From contig CAXXDN010000001.1 of NCBI GenBank assembly GCA_963667465.2, positions 448,001 to 512,000 of the forward strand: a stretch of 64,000 nt of DNA, read 5' to 3'. The notes beneath the pieces were generated by a model. The model made no database searches, was not told where the DNA came from, and saw only the letters and a list, made by a program, of their open reading frames with translations. Source of the stretch: Dehalococcoidia bacterium (GTDB lineage: Bacteria; Chloroflexota; Dehalococcoidia; UBA2979). A program made the position numbers and the translations under genes. Below are positions 27,877-37,788 of this stretch, piece after piece. Position 1 is the first letter of the stretch; every line of letters begins with the position of its first letter.

Positions 27877-28097
27877 CGTACGGCTACGCCGGTGACGTTG
27901 GAGGTGTGCGGAAGGCGGCGATTGCGCTTGATTCGGGGTCGTGGATAGCCTGTTGGGCGACTGATGGGCTTTTCTACAACTCCATCGCCCACTGTGGCGG
28001 TGTGTGTAGAGCCTCGTTGACAACGTATGAGCCGCCCGGGCGCGCCCCCGGCATAGTCATTGGCGACCCGGCTCCGGCACGGCGAGAGGGTTTCGGC

Positions 28098-28757
28098 GTG
28101 AAGGTCGTGTTTCTGGAGACCGTTGAGGGTTCGGGCACCCGTGGCGAGGTGAGAACTGTCGCCAATGGATATGCCCGCAACTACCTGTTGCCTCGCGGCC
28201 TGGCCGCTGCGGCAACGCCCGCTCTGCTCCGGCGAGCCGAAACGCTCGCCGCTCAGGAGGAAGAGCGGCAACGGCTCCTGGACGGGCAGGCCCATGAGCT
28301 CGTCGGCAAGCTCGAGGGCCAACGCCTGATCATGCCTGTGCGCGTTGGAGAGCAGGGACGTCTGTACGGTTCTGTCACAAATGCTGACATCGCCGAGAAG
28401 GCTGGGGAGATTCTCGGCGAAGAACTGGACAGACGTCGTGTGCTGCTGCCCGAGGCGATTCGCCAGGTCGGGGTCTACACCGTACCGCTGCGGCTGTCGC
28501 GCAACGTGACTGCCGATGCGGAGGTCGTCGTAGTGGACGTCGAGGCGCCGCAAGGCGTCGAAGACGCCGCTGAGGCGCTCGTCGCAGAAGCGGCTGCTGC
28601 CGAGGCAGGCGTGGAGGCCGGGGTGGATACCCCCGAACCGACGAACACCGAAGACGTGCCGGAGCCGGGCTACAGCGATCCCTCGGAAGAGGCCTCCGGC
28701 GAAGACGCACCACCTTCCCAGGATGGTGCGGACTCCGGAGACGCCACAGAGACCTAG
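28098..28757 (+). CDS. rplI: 50S ribosomal protein bL9 with acidic C-terminal tail
   Basis: VANGYARNYLLPRGLA, GRLYGSVT. Confidence 0.95.
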   Translation: MKVVFLETVEGSGTRGEVRTVANGYARNYLLPRGLAAAATPALLRRAETLAAQEEERQRLLDGQAHELVGKLEGQRLIMPVRVGEQGRLYGSVTNADIAEKAGEILGEELDRRRVLLPEAIRQVGVYTVPLRLSRNVTADAEVVVVDVEAPQGVEDAAEALVAEAAAAEAGVEAGVDTPEPTNTEDVPEPGYSDPSEEASGEDAPPSQDGADSGDATET

Positions 28758-28760
28758 CCC

Positions 28761-30188
28761 GTGGTCACGGGCCAGCCGGCTCAGCTCCGGCCTGAGCGCC
28801 GTCCCAGCGCGGGCGGGCTCCCGCCTCATGACGTCTCCGCCGAGCAGGCTGTCATCGCCGCCTTGCTCCTCGATCCCGACGCTTACCCGCGCGTGCTGCC
28901 GCTGCTGCGGCCCGAGGACTTCTTCCGCGAGCAGCACGGCTGGTGTTACGAGGCGTGCGCCGCCCTGGCCGATCGCGCCGAGCCGATCACGTTGCCCACC
29001 CTGGCCCACGAGCTCGAGCGCGCCGGCCGTCTCGACACGATCGGCGGCGAGCCCTACCTTGCCGAACTCGTCGGCCGGCACTTCAGCGCCGCCGGCGTCG
29101 AGGCGCACGCGCGCATCGTCGCCCGCGACGCGCTCTACCGGCGCATGATCCAGGTGGCCGGCCAGATCGCCCAGACCGCCTATGAGGGCGGCCCCGACGC
29201 CGGCCGCGTGATCGCCGCCGCCGAGGGCCTGCTGCTCAGCATCCGCTCCACCGAGGCCTCCGGCGAATTCGAGCGACTGCGCGATCTGCTCGACCAGTTC
29301 CTCGAGGATCCCGGCGAGGACGTCGAGGGCCAGCTGGTCGACGAGGTACGCGCCGGGTTCATGGACTTCGACCAGCTGACAGGCGGCTTCAAGCGCGGCG
29401 ATCTGATCATCGTGGCCGCGCGCACGGGCGTGGGGAAATCCGCGTTGCTCCTCAACTTCGCCCGTAACGCCGCCGTCGGCCAGAACGCCACGGCCGCGAT
29501 CTTCGCCCTCGAGATGTCCGCCGAGCAGCTCGCGATGCGCCTGCTCTCTGCCGAGGCGGACGTGGACGCGACGCGGCTGCGGCTCGGGATGCACAGCGAG
29601 GTCGAGGAGTCGCGCATCATGCACGCCATCGGCACGCTCGGCGAGGCCGCGATCTTCATCGACGACTCGGCGGTGCTCAGCGTGCCGGAGATCCGCGCCA
29701 AGTCCCGGCGGCTGCAGGCCGAGCACGGCCTGGACCTCGTGATCGTCGACTACCTGCAGCTGCTGCACTCGGCGACGGGGGGCGGCAGCGAGAATCGCGC
29801 CTCCGAGCTCGGCAAGATCACGCGTTCGCTCAAGGAGATGGCGCGCGAGCTCGAGGTGCCTGTCGTCGCCGCGGCGCAGCTCTCGCGCGCCGTCGAGACC
29901 CGTACGCCGCACATCCCGATGCTTTCCGACCTGCGCGAGTCCGGCTCGATCGAGCAGGACGCCGACATCGTGACGTTCATCTATCGCGAGGACGTCTACC
30001 GCACGCCCGAGGAGTGGCAGGACGCACATCCCGACCAGCCGGGCGGACAACACCCGAGCGGCATCGCCCAGCTGATCGTCGCGAAACACCGCAACGGCCC
30101 GACCGGCACCGTCTCCGTGCGCTTCCTCGACCGCACCGCCTCGTTCCAGGACCTGATCCTGCGCGAGCCGCCGCCGGAGTTCGAATGA
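28761..30188 (+). CDS. dnaB: Replicative DNA helicase
   Basis: PPHD..AEQ, AARTGVGKS, IVDYLQL, AQLSR, SDLRESGSIEQDAD, KHRNGPTG. Confidence 0.97.
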   Translation: MVTGQPAQLRPERRPSAGGLPPHDVSAEQAVIAALLLDPDAYPRVLPLLRPEDFFREQHGWCYEACAALADRAEPITLPTLAHELERAGRLDTIGGEPYLAELVGRHFSAAGVEAHARIVARDALYRRMIQVAGQIAQTAYEGGPDAGRVIAAAEGLLLSIRSTEASGEFERLRDLLDQFLEDPGEDVEGQLVDEVRAGFMDFDQLTGGFKRGDLIIVAARTGVGKSALLLNFARNAAVGQNATAAIFALEMSAEQLAMRLLSAEADVDATRLRLGMHSEVEESRIMHAIGTLGEAAIFIDDSAVLSVPEIRAKSRRLQAEHGLDLVIVDYLQLLHSATGGGSENRASELGKITRSLKEMARELEVPVVAAAQLSRAVETRTPHIPMLSDLRESGSIEQDADIVTFIYREDVYRTPEEWQDAHPDQPGGQHPSGIAQLIVAKHRNGPTGTVSVRFLDRTASFQDLILREPPPEFE

Positions 30189-30955
30189 CACCCCCGGCGC
30201 TGCGGATCGAGGGGCTCGAGGGCGGAGTCGAAGGCGCGGCGCCCTTCCCGGGCTTCGTCGCCCGCGGGGCGGCGACGACGCTGCCCGCGCAGTTCTTCAC
30301 GGAGCTGCTGCCGCTGATCGACGACGCTGCCGAGCTGCGCGTCACGCTCTACGCGCTCTACGCGATCGCCCGGCGCAAGGGCACGCTTCGCGCCGTCCGC
30401 GTCTCCCAGCTCGCCTCGGAGGAGCCGCTGCGCCGTGCGTTGGAGGGCTGCGGCGGCGCCGCCGCGCTGGCGCCGGCGATCGAGCGCGCGGTCGCGCGCG
30501 GGAGCCTGCTCACGCTCGAGCTCGAGGACGGCGACACGCTCTGCTTCATGAACAGTGTGGGAGGACGCCGGAATCGCGAGCGCTTGCGCTCGGGCGCGCT
30601 CAGGCCGCCGCCGGGCGTGCGCATCGCGGCTCCTCGGGAGCAGCGCGGCGGTATCGAGGCGGACGCGCCGGCACGGGTCTACGAGCAGGAGATCGGCGCG
30701 CTCACGCCGGCGATCACGGACGTCCTCGACGCGGCCGCGGAGCGCTGGCCCGCGGACTGGATCGCGCAGGCGCTGCGGCTGGCCGCGCGACACAACGTGC
30801 GGCACTGGGCCTACGCCGAGTCGATCCTGCGCCGCTGGGAATCGGAAGGGATCGGACAGGAAGGAGGGCCGGCCGATGCGGAACCTGGCGCAGATCATGC
30901 GCGAGCGGAGCGCCGCGACCACGGACCGTACGAACGCGTCATCCGTCGCAGCTGA
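30185..30955 (+). CDS. DnaD domain protein
   Basis: YEQEIGALTP...WI..AL..A...NVRHWAY.ESIL.RW C-terminal DnaD motif. Confidence 0.85.
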   Translation: MTPPALRIEGLEGGVEGAAPFPGFVARGAATTLPAQFFTELLPLIDDAAELRVTLYALYAIARRKGTLRAVRVSQLASEEPLRRALEGCGGAAALAPAIERAVARGSLLTLELEDGDTLCFMNSVGGRRNRERLRSGALRPPPGVRIAAPREQRGGIEADAPARVYEQEIGALTPAITDVLDAAAERWPADWIAQALRLAARHNVRHWAYAESILRRWESEGIGQEGGPADAEPGADHARAERRDHGPYERVIRRS

Positions 30956-32237
30956 CCCTGCTTCCGCGATCGGGGAGCGCAAGCCGGCGTGCCCGCTTTG
31001 CCGGGGCGCTCGCTTCGTGCGCGTCACTGCCGATCTGGCGAGCCCGGAATTCGGGCGCGCCGTGCCCTGCGGCTGCGCCGCGCGCGAGGACGACGGCTCG
31101 CGCCGCGAGCGCCTGCTGCGTTACTCGCGCCTCGGGGCGCTCTCGCGTTTCAGCTTCGAGACGCTGCTGCCGCACGGCCGCTCGTCCGACCCGGCAGCGC
31201 AGCAGCGCTATGCGACCGCGGTCGAGGCGGCCCGCCGCTTCGCCGACGATCCGGAGGGCTGGCTTGTCTTCAGCGGCGTGCCCGGCTGCGGCAAGACGCA
31301 CCTCGCAGCGGCCATTGCCAACCGCGCGATCGAGCTCGGCCGACCCGCGCTCTTCCTCTCCGTCGCCGATTTCCTCGACCGCCTCCGCGCCTCCTACGAC
31401 GACGATGCGGAGGTCTCCTACGAGCGCCTCAGCGACCAGTTCCGCGAGGCGCCGCTGGCTGTGCTCGACGACCTCGACAGCTACTCGGAGACGCCGTGGG
31501 CGCGCGAGAAGTTCGCCCAGCTCGTCTCGCACCGCTTCCACGCCGCGCTGCCCACGGTCTTCACCTGCGTGCGCCAGCCCGAGCAGATCGACGAACGCCT
31601 TGGCGCACGGCTGAGCGACCCCGCGATCGCGCAGCACTTCACGCTCGAGGAGACCTCGTCGCCCCGCTACTTCGAGGTCGGCGGGATGTCGCGCGAGCGG
31701 CTCACCGAGCTCACGTTCGAGCGCTTCCGGCCCGGCGGGCACGGCCTCCGCGGGGAGCAGCGCCGCAACCTCGAGGGCGCGTTCCGGCTCGCGCGCGGCT
31801 GGGCGGAGCGCCCGGCCGGCTGGCTCGTGCTGCTCGGCGCGAACGGGAGCGGCAAGACGCACCTCGCGGCTGCCATCGCCGGCTACCGGCTGGAGCAGGG
31901 CGATCGCGTCGCCTTCGCCACCGCGCCCGACCTCCTCGACGAGCTGCGCGCGACGTTCGCGCCGGACTCTGCCGAGCGCTTCGATCCGCTGTTCCGCCGC
32001 CTGCGCGACGCGGGCCTGCTGGTCCTCGACGACCTGGGGGTGGAGAAGTCGGGCGGCTGGGCGCAGGAGAAGCTCTACCAGTTGCTCAACTACCGCCATC
32101 TCGGCCGCCGCCCGACGGTGATCACGAGCGACCTCGCGCTCACCGAGCTGGAGCCGCGCATCGCCTCGCGGCTGAGCGACCTGCAGGTCGCGACCGCCTA
32201 CGAACTGCGCGCCCCGGACTACCGCACAGGGGCGTAA
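30876..32237 (+). CDS. DnaC/DnaI/IstB-like helicase loader with two tandem AAA+ domains
   Basis: N-terminal CPLC..CGC zinc site; Walker A GVPGCGKT and GANGSGKT; two LDDL Walker B motifs. Confidence 0.9.
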   Translation: MRNLAQIMRERSAATTDRTNASSVAADPASAIGERKPACPLCRGARFVRVTADLASPEFGRAVPCGCAAREDDGSRRERLLRYSRLGALSRFSFETLLPHGRSSDPAAQQRYATAVEAARRFADDPEGWLVFSGVPGCGKTHLAAAIANRAIELGRPALFLSVADFLDRLRASYDDDAEVSYERLSDQFREAPLAVLDDLDSYSETPWAREKFAQLVSHRFHAALPTVFTCVRQPEQIDERLGARLSDPAIAQHFTLEETSSPRYFEVGGMSRERLTELTFERFRPGGHGLRGEQRRNLEGAFRLARGWAERPAGWLVLLGANGSGKTHLAAAIAGYRLEQGDRVAFATAPDLLDELRATFAPDSAERFDPLFRRLRDAGLLVLDDLGVEKSGGWAQEKLYQLLNYRHLGRRPTVITSDLALTELEPRIASRLSDLQVATAYELRAPDYRTGA

Positions 32238-32303
32238 CAGTGTGACGGGTATGTGTTAGATTCTCGCAGAGGTTGCGAGGGTCGGCGGCGTATACTCATG
32301 GCG

Positions 32304-32579
32304 ATGGCTTCGGACACATTGAGCATCTCCAGGGACCTGCGGGCGGCAGGCTTCAGCGAGGAGCAGGCGGACGCCCTCGCGACGCACATGGCAGGCGTGC
32401 CTGCGAACCCCGCGTCCAGGGAAGACGTCACGCTGGCGGTCTCGCAGCTCGAAAGCCGGATCGATCAGGTTGAGTCGCGCCTGCTTCTGAAGCTGGGCGC
32501 CGGCATGGCGGCGGGTTTTGGGTTGGTGCTGACCGCGATCAGCATCGGCGTCGGCGTGCTCCTGAACCAGCTCGGCTAA
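32304..32579 (+). CDS. DUF1640/CCDC90-like small coiled-coil membrane protein
   Basis: DTL...L.AAGFSEEQADA, short coiled coil, C-terminal TM. Confidence 0.7.
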   Translation: MASDTLSISRDLRAAGFSEEQADALATHMAGVPANPASREDVTLAVSQLESRIDQVESRLLLKLGAGMAAGFGLVLTAISIGVGVLLNQLG

Positions 32580-32597
32580 CGGCGCTCCCGAAGGTGT

Positions 32598-33317
32598 TCA
32601 CGCCCCCGCGGGGTGCTCCGCTCCCGTGGGGCGCGGGCTGACGCCCTCCTGCCAGACCGATCCATCGAGGCCGTGCTCGCGTTTCCAGACCGGGACCGTC
32701 TCCTTGATCCGGTCGACCGCGCGCAGGGCCGCCTCGAAGGCGTCCCCCCGGTGCGAGGCCGAGACCGCGACGAGCAGCGAGACCTCGCCGATCTCCAGCA
32801 TCCCGATGCGGTGGTGCGCCGCGATGCGGTGCACCTCCCGGTCCGCGAACTCCGCCAGCACCTCGCGGGAGGCCGCCTCGAGCTGACGCTCGGCCATCGA
32901 GGCGTAGGCCTCGTACTCCAGCCGCGCCACGGCCCGGCCCTCGTGGTAATTGCGCACCACGCCCTCGAACAGCACCACCGCGCCGCTGGCGTCGGTATGC
33001 ACCACCTCGCGCAGCGCGTCGCGGTCGAGCGGGTCGCCGGTCACGAGGAACGGCGCCGTTCCGCCCTCGCCGCCGGAGATTGGCTGGATCAGCGCAACCT
33101 CGTCGCGCTCGCCGATCTCGGTGGCGGCGTCGATGCAGTACTCCTCGTTGATCGCCAGCGCGAGCGTCGGCAGGTGCGGGCGCAGTGCGGGCCGCGACTG
33201 CTCAAGGCGGCGCTGCAGATCAGCGACCGTGACGGTGCGTTCCGCGAACTCCTCGTCGAGGAACTCGCTGCCCATCAGCTCGCGGAGCTGTGCGAAGAGC
33301 CGGATCCTGACGCGCAC
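32598..33317 (-). CDS. MoaD-MoaE fusion molybdopterin synthase (MoaX-like)
   Basis: VRIRLFAQLRE...VALIQPISGG followed by GAVVLFEGVVR, LEYEAY, HRIG, KETVPVWKRE. Confidence 0.93.
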   Translation of the reverse strand: MRVRIRLFAQLRELMGSEFLDEEFAERTVTVADLQRRLEQSRPALRPHLPTLALAINEEYCIDAATEIGERDEVALIQPISGGEGGTAPFLVTGDPLDRDALREVVHTDASGAVVLFEGVVRNYHEGRAVARLEYEAYASMAERQLEAASREVLAEFADREVHRIAAHHRIGMLEIGEVSLLVAVSASHRGDAFEAALRAVDRIKETVPVWKREHGLDGSVWQEGVSPRPTGAEHPAGA

Positions 33318-33408
33318 GGTCTCGCCTCGTCCGTTCGTCCTGCTGCCCAGCGAGTATAAGCTCGGCAGCGCCCGCCGGAGCCGCTCCGGCGCTAGTGAGG
33401 GCGGGACG

Positions 33409-34089
33409 ATGGTCGCGCGCGAGTTGTTGCACGAGCTGGCGGAGGCGCTGCTGCCGCAGCGTTGCATCGCCTGCGCTCGTTTCGGCGCCTCGCTGCACCA
33501 AGGCTGCCTCGAGACGCTGCCCGCCGCCACAGCGCCGCGCTGCACGCGCTGCTGGGCGCCCGGTCCCGGCTCGCCCTGCGCCGCCTGTGTCGCCGACCCG
33601 CCGCCTTTCGAGGGACTGCGCACGCCCTACCGCTTCGCGGGCGTGGCGCGCCGCGCGCTGCTGGAGGCGAAGTTCCGGGGAATCAGCGCGCACCTCGATC
33701 CGCTCGGCGAGGCCGCGGCGGGCGTTGTGCCGCGCCGGTGGAAGATCGACGCCGTGACGCCGATCCCGCTGCACGGCGGGCGCCGCCGCCGTCGCGGCTT
33801 CAATCAGTCCGAGCTGATCGCCCGCGGCGTTGCGAGGGCGCTCTGGCTGCCGTTGCGCGCCGACCTGCTGCGCCGCGCGCGGTCGACCGGCCCGCAGACC
33901 GCCCTGGGCAGGGATCGCCGCGCCTCCAACGTCGCCGGCGCCTTTGCGGCCGGTGAAACGCCGCCCGCCGGCGTGCTGCTCGTCGACGATGTCTCGACGA
34001 CCGGCGCGACGCTCGCGGCGGCGGCGCGCGCGCTGCTGGACGGCGGCGCCAGACGCGTCTACGCGCTCGCCGTCGCGCGCGAGGACTGA
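33409..34089 (+). CDS. ComF family phosphoribosyltransferase
   Basis: N-terminal Cys-rich double zinc ribbon, RGFNQSE, LVDDVSTTGAT. Confidence 0.92.
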   Translation: MVARELLHELAEALLPQRCIACARFGASLHQGCLETLPAATAPRCTRCWAPGPGSPCAACVADPPPFEGLRTPYRFAGVARRALLEAKFRGISAHLDPLGEAAAGVVPRRWKIDAVTPIPLHGGRRRRRGFNQSELIARGVARALWLPLRADLLRRARSTGPQTALGRDRRASNVAGAFAAGETPPAGVLLVDDVSTTGATLAAAARALLDGGARRVYALAVARED

Positions 34090-34189
34090 GCGGCGGCGTG
34101 GGCCTGGCTGTGCATTGCCGGGGCCGGCGCTGGCAGGCGAGCAAGCGACAGTCCTAGAATGCGCCCGCCTGTGCCACGGGAGGCGCGCT

Positions 34190-35161
34190 GTGATTATCAC
34201 GGTCACTCTCAACCCGGCCATCGACCAGACGATCGAGATCGATCGCCTGATCGAGGGCGACACCAACCGGGTCGCCGCGATCCGCTGGGACATCGGCGGC
34301 AAGGGCATCAACGTCGCGCGCATGCTCAAGGAACTCGGCTACGAGCCGCTCGCGAGCGGCTTCGCGCCGGGCGACCTCGGACGGATGATCGAGGACTCGC
34401 TGGTTGACGCGGGCATCGGCTGCGAGTTCATCTTCGTGGCAGGCGAGACGCGCACGAACATCACGATCCTCGACCGCGAGTCGCACCGCGACACCGTGCT
34501 CGCCGCCGCCGGGCCGAAGGTGACGCAGCACGCGATCTCCCTGCTGCGGACGCGGCTGAACCGCCGCCTGCGCCCGCACGGCGAAAGCTGGCTGGTGCTT
34601 GCCGGCTCGATTCCGCCTGGCTGCGACCCCGCGCTCTACGCCGACCTGCTCGGCATGGCCGCCGAGCGTGGCGCGTACAGCGCCGTCGACGCCGACGGCG
34701 AGGTGGTGGCCGCAATCCTCAGCGGTGGCGCTGCGCCCGACCTGCTGAAGCTCAACGAGCACGAGGCCGGGCGCCTGCTCGGCCGAACGATCGACGACGA
34801 GGCGGGCGCCATCGAGGCGGCGCGCACGCTGCGTTCGTGGGGCCTGGAGCAGGTCGTGATCACGCGCGGCGCTGGTGGAGCGGTGGCGATGACGCCCGAG
34901 GCTGGTTTCCGCGTTGGCGCGCTCGACGTCGAGGTGCGCTCCGCCGTCGGGGCGGGGGACGCCTTCCTCGCCGGGTTGATCTTCGGGCTCGTGCGTGGGC
35001 GTGGCTGGGCTGCCTCGTTGGCGACGGCGACCGCGTCCGGTGCGGCGGCCTGCCTGGCGCCCGGCACCGCGCTCGGACGGGCTGCGGATGCGCGTCGCCT
35101 GGAGGCGCAGGTGCTCGTCGAGACGCTGCGTGAGTCGTCCCCGCAGCCAGCGCCCGCCTGA
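34190..35161 (+). CDS. 1-phosphofructokinase family hexose kinase (PfkB)
   Basis: ITVTLNPAID, GGKGINVAR, ETRTN, SAVGAGDAF. Confidence 0.93.
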   Translation: MIITVTLNPAIDQTIEIDRLIEGDTNRVAAIRWDIGGKGINVARMLKELGYEPLASGFAPGDLGRMIEDSLVDAGIGCEFIFVAGETRTNITILDRESHRDTVLAAAGPKVTQHAISLLRTRLNRRLRPHGESWLVLAGSIPPGCDPALYADLLGMAAERGAYSAVDADGEVVAAILSGGAAPDLLKLNEHEAGRLLGRTIDDEAGAIEAARTLRSWGLEQVVITRGAGGAVAMTPEAGFRVGALDVEVRSAVGAGDAFLAGLIFGLVRGRGWAASLATATASGAAACLAPGTALGRAADARRLEAQVLVETLRESSPQPAPA

Positions 35162-35241
35162 CCTCCGGAGGCGCGGTCCCAGACCCGCACCTGCGGTAGG
35201 ATTTGATCTGGCAGCAGCGCCTACCCCACGAGGAGCGAGAG

Positions 35242-36510
35242 ATGAGCACGCTGACGGATCTGGCGGGCACGCTCGCCGACGTCGACCCCGCGATCGCCGC
35301 GGCGATCGGCCGCGAGGAGCAGCGGCAGCGCTCCACCCTCGAGCTGATCGCCTCGGAGAACTTCGCTTCGGCTGCCGTGATCGAGGCCGTGGGCACGGTG
35401 CTCACCAACAAGTACGCCGAGGGCTATCCCGGCCGCCGCTACTACGGCGGCTGCGAGTTTGTCGACGAGATCGAGAGCCTCGCCATCGAGCGGGCCGAGT
35501 CGCTCTTCGGGGCCGAGCACGCCAACGTCCAGCCCCACTCCGGCGCGCAGGCGAACATGGCCGTCTACCTCGGGCTGCTCAAGCCGGGCGATACGGTGAT
35601 GGGCCTGCGTCTCGACCAGGGCGGCCACCTCACGCACGGCTCGAACGTCAACTTCAGCGGCAAGCTCTTCCAGTTCGTCTCCTACGGCGTCGATCGCGAG
35701 ACGGAGTACATCGACTACGACGAGATGGCTGCGCTCGCCCGCGAGCACCGGCCGAAGATCATCGTCGTCGGCGCCACCGCCTACCCGCGTGAGATCGACT
35801 TCGCGCGCGCCCGCGCGATCGCCGACGAGGTGGACGCACTGCTGATGGCGGACATGGCGCACATCGCCGGCCTCGTTGCGTCGCGCGTGCACGTCTCGCC
35901 GATCGGGCAGGCGCAGCTGGTCACCAGTTCGACGCACAAGACGCTGCGCGGCCCGCGAGGGGGCATGGTCCTCTGCGACCAGGCGTACGCGCGGCGCATC
36001 GACCGCGGCGTCTTCCCTAACGCCCAGGGCGGTCCGCTGATGCACGTCGTTGCCGGGAAGGCGGTCGCCTTCGCCGAGGCGGCGACATCCGAGTTCCGCG
36101 CCTACTCGCAGCAGACGGTGGACAACGCGCGTGCCCTCGGCGAGACACTGGTCGACGCTGGTCTGCGCGTGGTCAGCGGAGGCACGGACAACCACCTGCT
36201 GCTGGTCGATGTGACGCCAAAGGGCCTGACCGGTCAGGCCGCGGAGGACGCGCTGGCGCGCGCGGGGATCGTCGTCAACAAGAACGCGATCCCCTACGAC
36301 GAGCTGCCGCCGGCCGTCGCCTCCGGCATCCGCATCGGCACGCCCGCGCTCACCTCGCGCGGGCTGGCCACGACGGAGTTGCGCCAGGTCGGCGAGCTGA
36401 TCGTGCGCATCCTCGATGCGCCCGAGGACGAGGCCGTTGCGGAGCAGGTGCGGTCCGAGGTACTCGCGCTTTGCGAGGCGTTTCCCGCGCCGGGCGTGCC
36501 GGCGGCCTAG
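35242..36510 (+). CDS. glyA: Serine hydroxymethyltransferase
   Basis: [43 protein letters not shown]. Confidence 0.98.
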   Translation: MSTLTDLAGTLADVDPAIAAAIGREEQRQRSTLELIASENFASAAVIEAVGTVLTNKYAEGYPGRRYYGGCEFVDEIESLAIERAESLFGAEHANVQPHSGAQANMAVYLGLLKPGDTVMGLRLDQGGHLTHGSNVNFSGKLFQFVSYGVDRETEYIDYDEMAALAREHRPKIIVVGATAYPREIDFARARAIADEVDALLMADMAHIAGLVASRVHVSPIGQAQLVTSSTHKTLRGPRGGMVLCDQAYARRIDRGVFPNAQGGPLMHVVAGKAVAFAEAATSEFRAYSQQTVDNARALGETLVDAGLRVVSGGTDNHLLLVDVTPKGLTGQAAEDALARAGIVVNKNAIPYDELPPAVASGIRIGTPALTSRGLATTELRQVGELIVRILDAPEDEAVAEQVRSEVLALCEAFPAPGVPAA

Positions 36511-36531
36511 CTTGCGCCGGCCACGCTTCGA

Positions 36532-36561
36532 TTGCCCGTTCGATCGGGGCGTTCATATACT
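36532..36561 (+). promoter_or_regulatory. Sigma70-type promoter for rpsF-ssb-rpsR
   Basis: TTGCCC-N18-TATACT. Confidence 0.5.
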
Positions 36562-36693
36562 GGCGCAACGGAGTACGGGCTGCCGCGATTCCCGCTGTGC
36601 CCGGTTGCCGCACCCGGCGGCGCCGGGCGCTGTGTTCATCGGGGCGGGCTTGGCTGCGGACGGCGGGTCCATCCACTCCGCAAGGGAGCACGC

Positions 36694-37275
36694 TTGAACG
36701 AGTACGAGTTGATGTACGTGATCAGCCCGCGCCTCATGGTGGAGGAAACCGACTCCGCCATCGAGCGGATCCAGGGACTGGTCGAAGCTGCCGGCGGCGA
36801 GATCCTGATGACGGACAACTGGGGCCGCCGACGCCTCGCGTACCCCATCAAGCACCACTTCGAGGGCACCTACGTGCTCACCCACATGACGCTGCCGCCC
36901 GATCGCGTCGCCGGGTTCGAGCGCGCGATGCACCTCAACGAGAGCGTTCTCAGGCATCTGGTGGTTCGCGGCATCGTCCCCGGCTACGACGGTCCGCCGG
37001 AAGAGGAGTTGGTCTACGCACGGCGCGGCACGTCGCGTCCGGCGCCATCGCGTTCGCCCGCTGACGATGAGCCGCCGGCAGCCGAGGCGGCTGAGACGCC
37101 GGCGGAAGCGGATGCCGCCGAGGCGCCTGCGGCGCCCGAGGCGGCCCCAGCATCCGAGCCCGCGGAGACCGTCGAGGCGCCCGAGGCAGCAGAAGCGTCC
37201 GACGCGCCAGAGCCCGCGGAGACTGCCGAGACACCCGAGGTGGCCGAAGCACCCGCGGCCGCTCCGGCGGAGTGA
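36694..37275 (+). CDS. rpsF: 30S ribosomal protein bS6 with long acidic Ala/Glu/Pro tail
   Basis: EYELMYVISP, WGRRRLAYPI, VLRHL; TTG start after AAGGGAG. Confidence 0.95.
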   Translation: MNEYELMYVISPRLMVEETDSAIERIQGLVEAAGGEILMTDNWGRRRLAYPIKHHFEGTYVLTHMTLPPDRVAGFERAMHLNESVLRHLVVRGIVPGYDGPPEEELVYARRGTSRPAPSRSPADDEPPAAEAAETPAEADAAEAPAAPEAAPASEPAETVEAPEAAEASDAPEPAETAETPEVAEAPAAAPAE

Positions 37276-37350
37276 CGCAACAGCGGCGGCCGGCCAGATG
37301 ACCGGGGGCGCAAGGAATCCGCTACTCTCCCCACGGACGGGGGTGCGATC

Positions 37351-37764
37351 ATGCTGAACAGGGTGATGGTCATCGGGAATCTTGGCGCCGATCCGGAGAT
37401 GCGCTACACCGCCAACGGCAGCGCCGTCACCAACTTCAACGTCGCCACCAACCGCGAGTACACCACCGGTGATGGCGAACGCCGCCAGGAAACCGAGTGG
37501 TTCCGCGTCGTTACCTGGAACCGCCTGGCCGAGATCTGCAGCCAGTACCTTTCGAAGGGCCGCCAGGTCTATGTCGAGGGGCGGCTGCAGACCCGTTCCT
37601 GGGAGGGGCAGGACGGGCAGACGCGGTACACCACCGAGCTGATCGCACAGGAAGTGAAGTTCCTCGGCGGTCAGCGCGACGCCTCGTACGAGCGCGCGGG
37701 CGCGCCCAGCCTTGGTGCGCCAGACTTCGCGGGGGACGTTGAGCCCGACGACCTGCCGTTCTAG
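37351..37764 (+). CDS. ssb: Single-stranded DNA-binding protein
   Basis: NRVMVIGNLG.DPE, KG..VYVEGRLQTRSW, C-terminal DDLPF. Confidence 0.98.
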   Translation: MLNRVMVIGNLGADPEMRYTANGSAVTNFNVATNREYTTGDGERRQETEWFRVVTWNRLAEICSQYLSKGRQVYVEGRLQTRSWEGQDGQTRYTTELIAQEVKFLGGQRDASYERAGAPSLGAPDFAGDVEPDDLPF

Positions 37765-37788
37765 CCGCCGATTGAACCGGAGGAACCG

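Noticed and set aside
30876-32237. IstB-like ATPase as part of an IS21 element or prophage
   Set aside because: No IstA transposase, terminal repeats or phage genes; sits in the dnaB-dnaD operon
35162-35241. ZTP or other riboswitch before glyA or the pur genes
   Set aside because: Intergenic gaps are short and I could not recognise the consensus elements; an Rfam scan would be needed
36562-36693. S6:S18 autoregulatory leader RNA
   Set aside because: Position fits and a small hairpin overlaps the SD, but I could not match the consensus by eye
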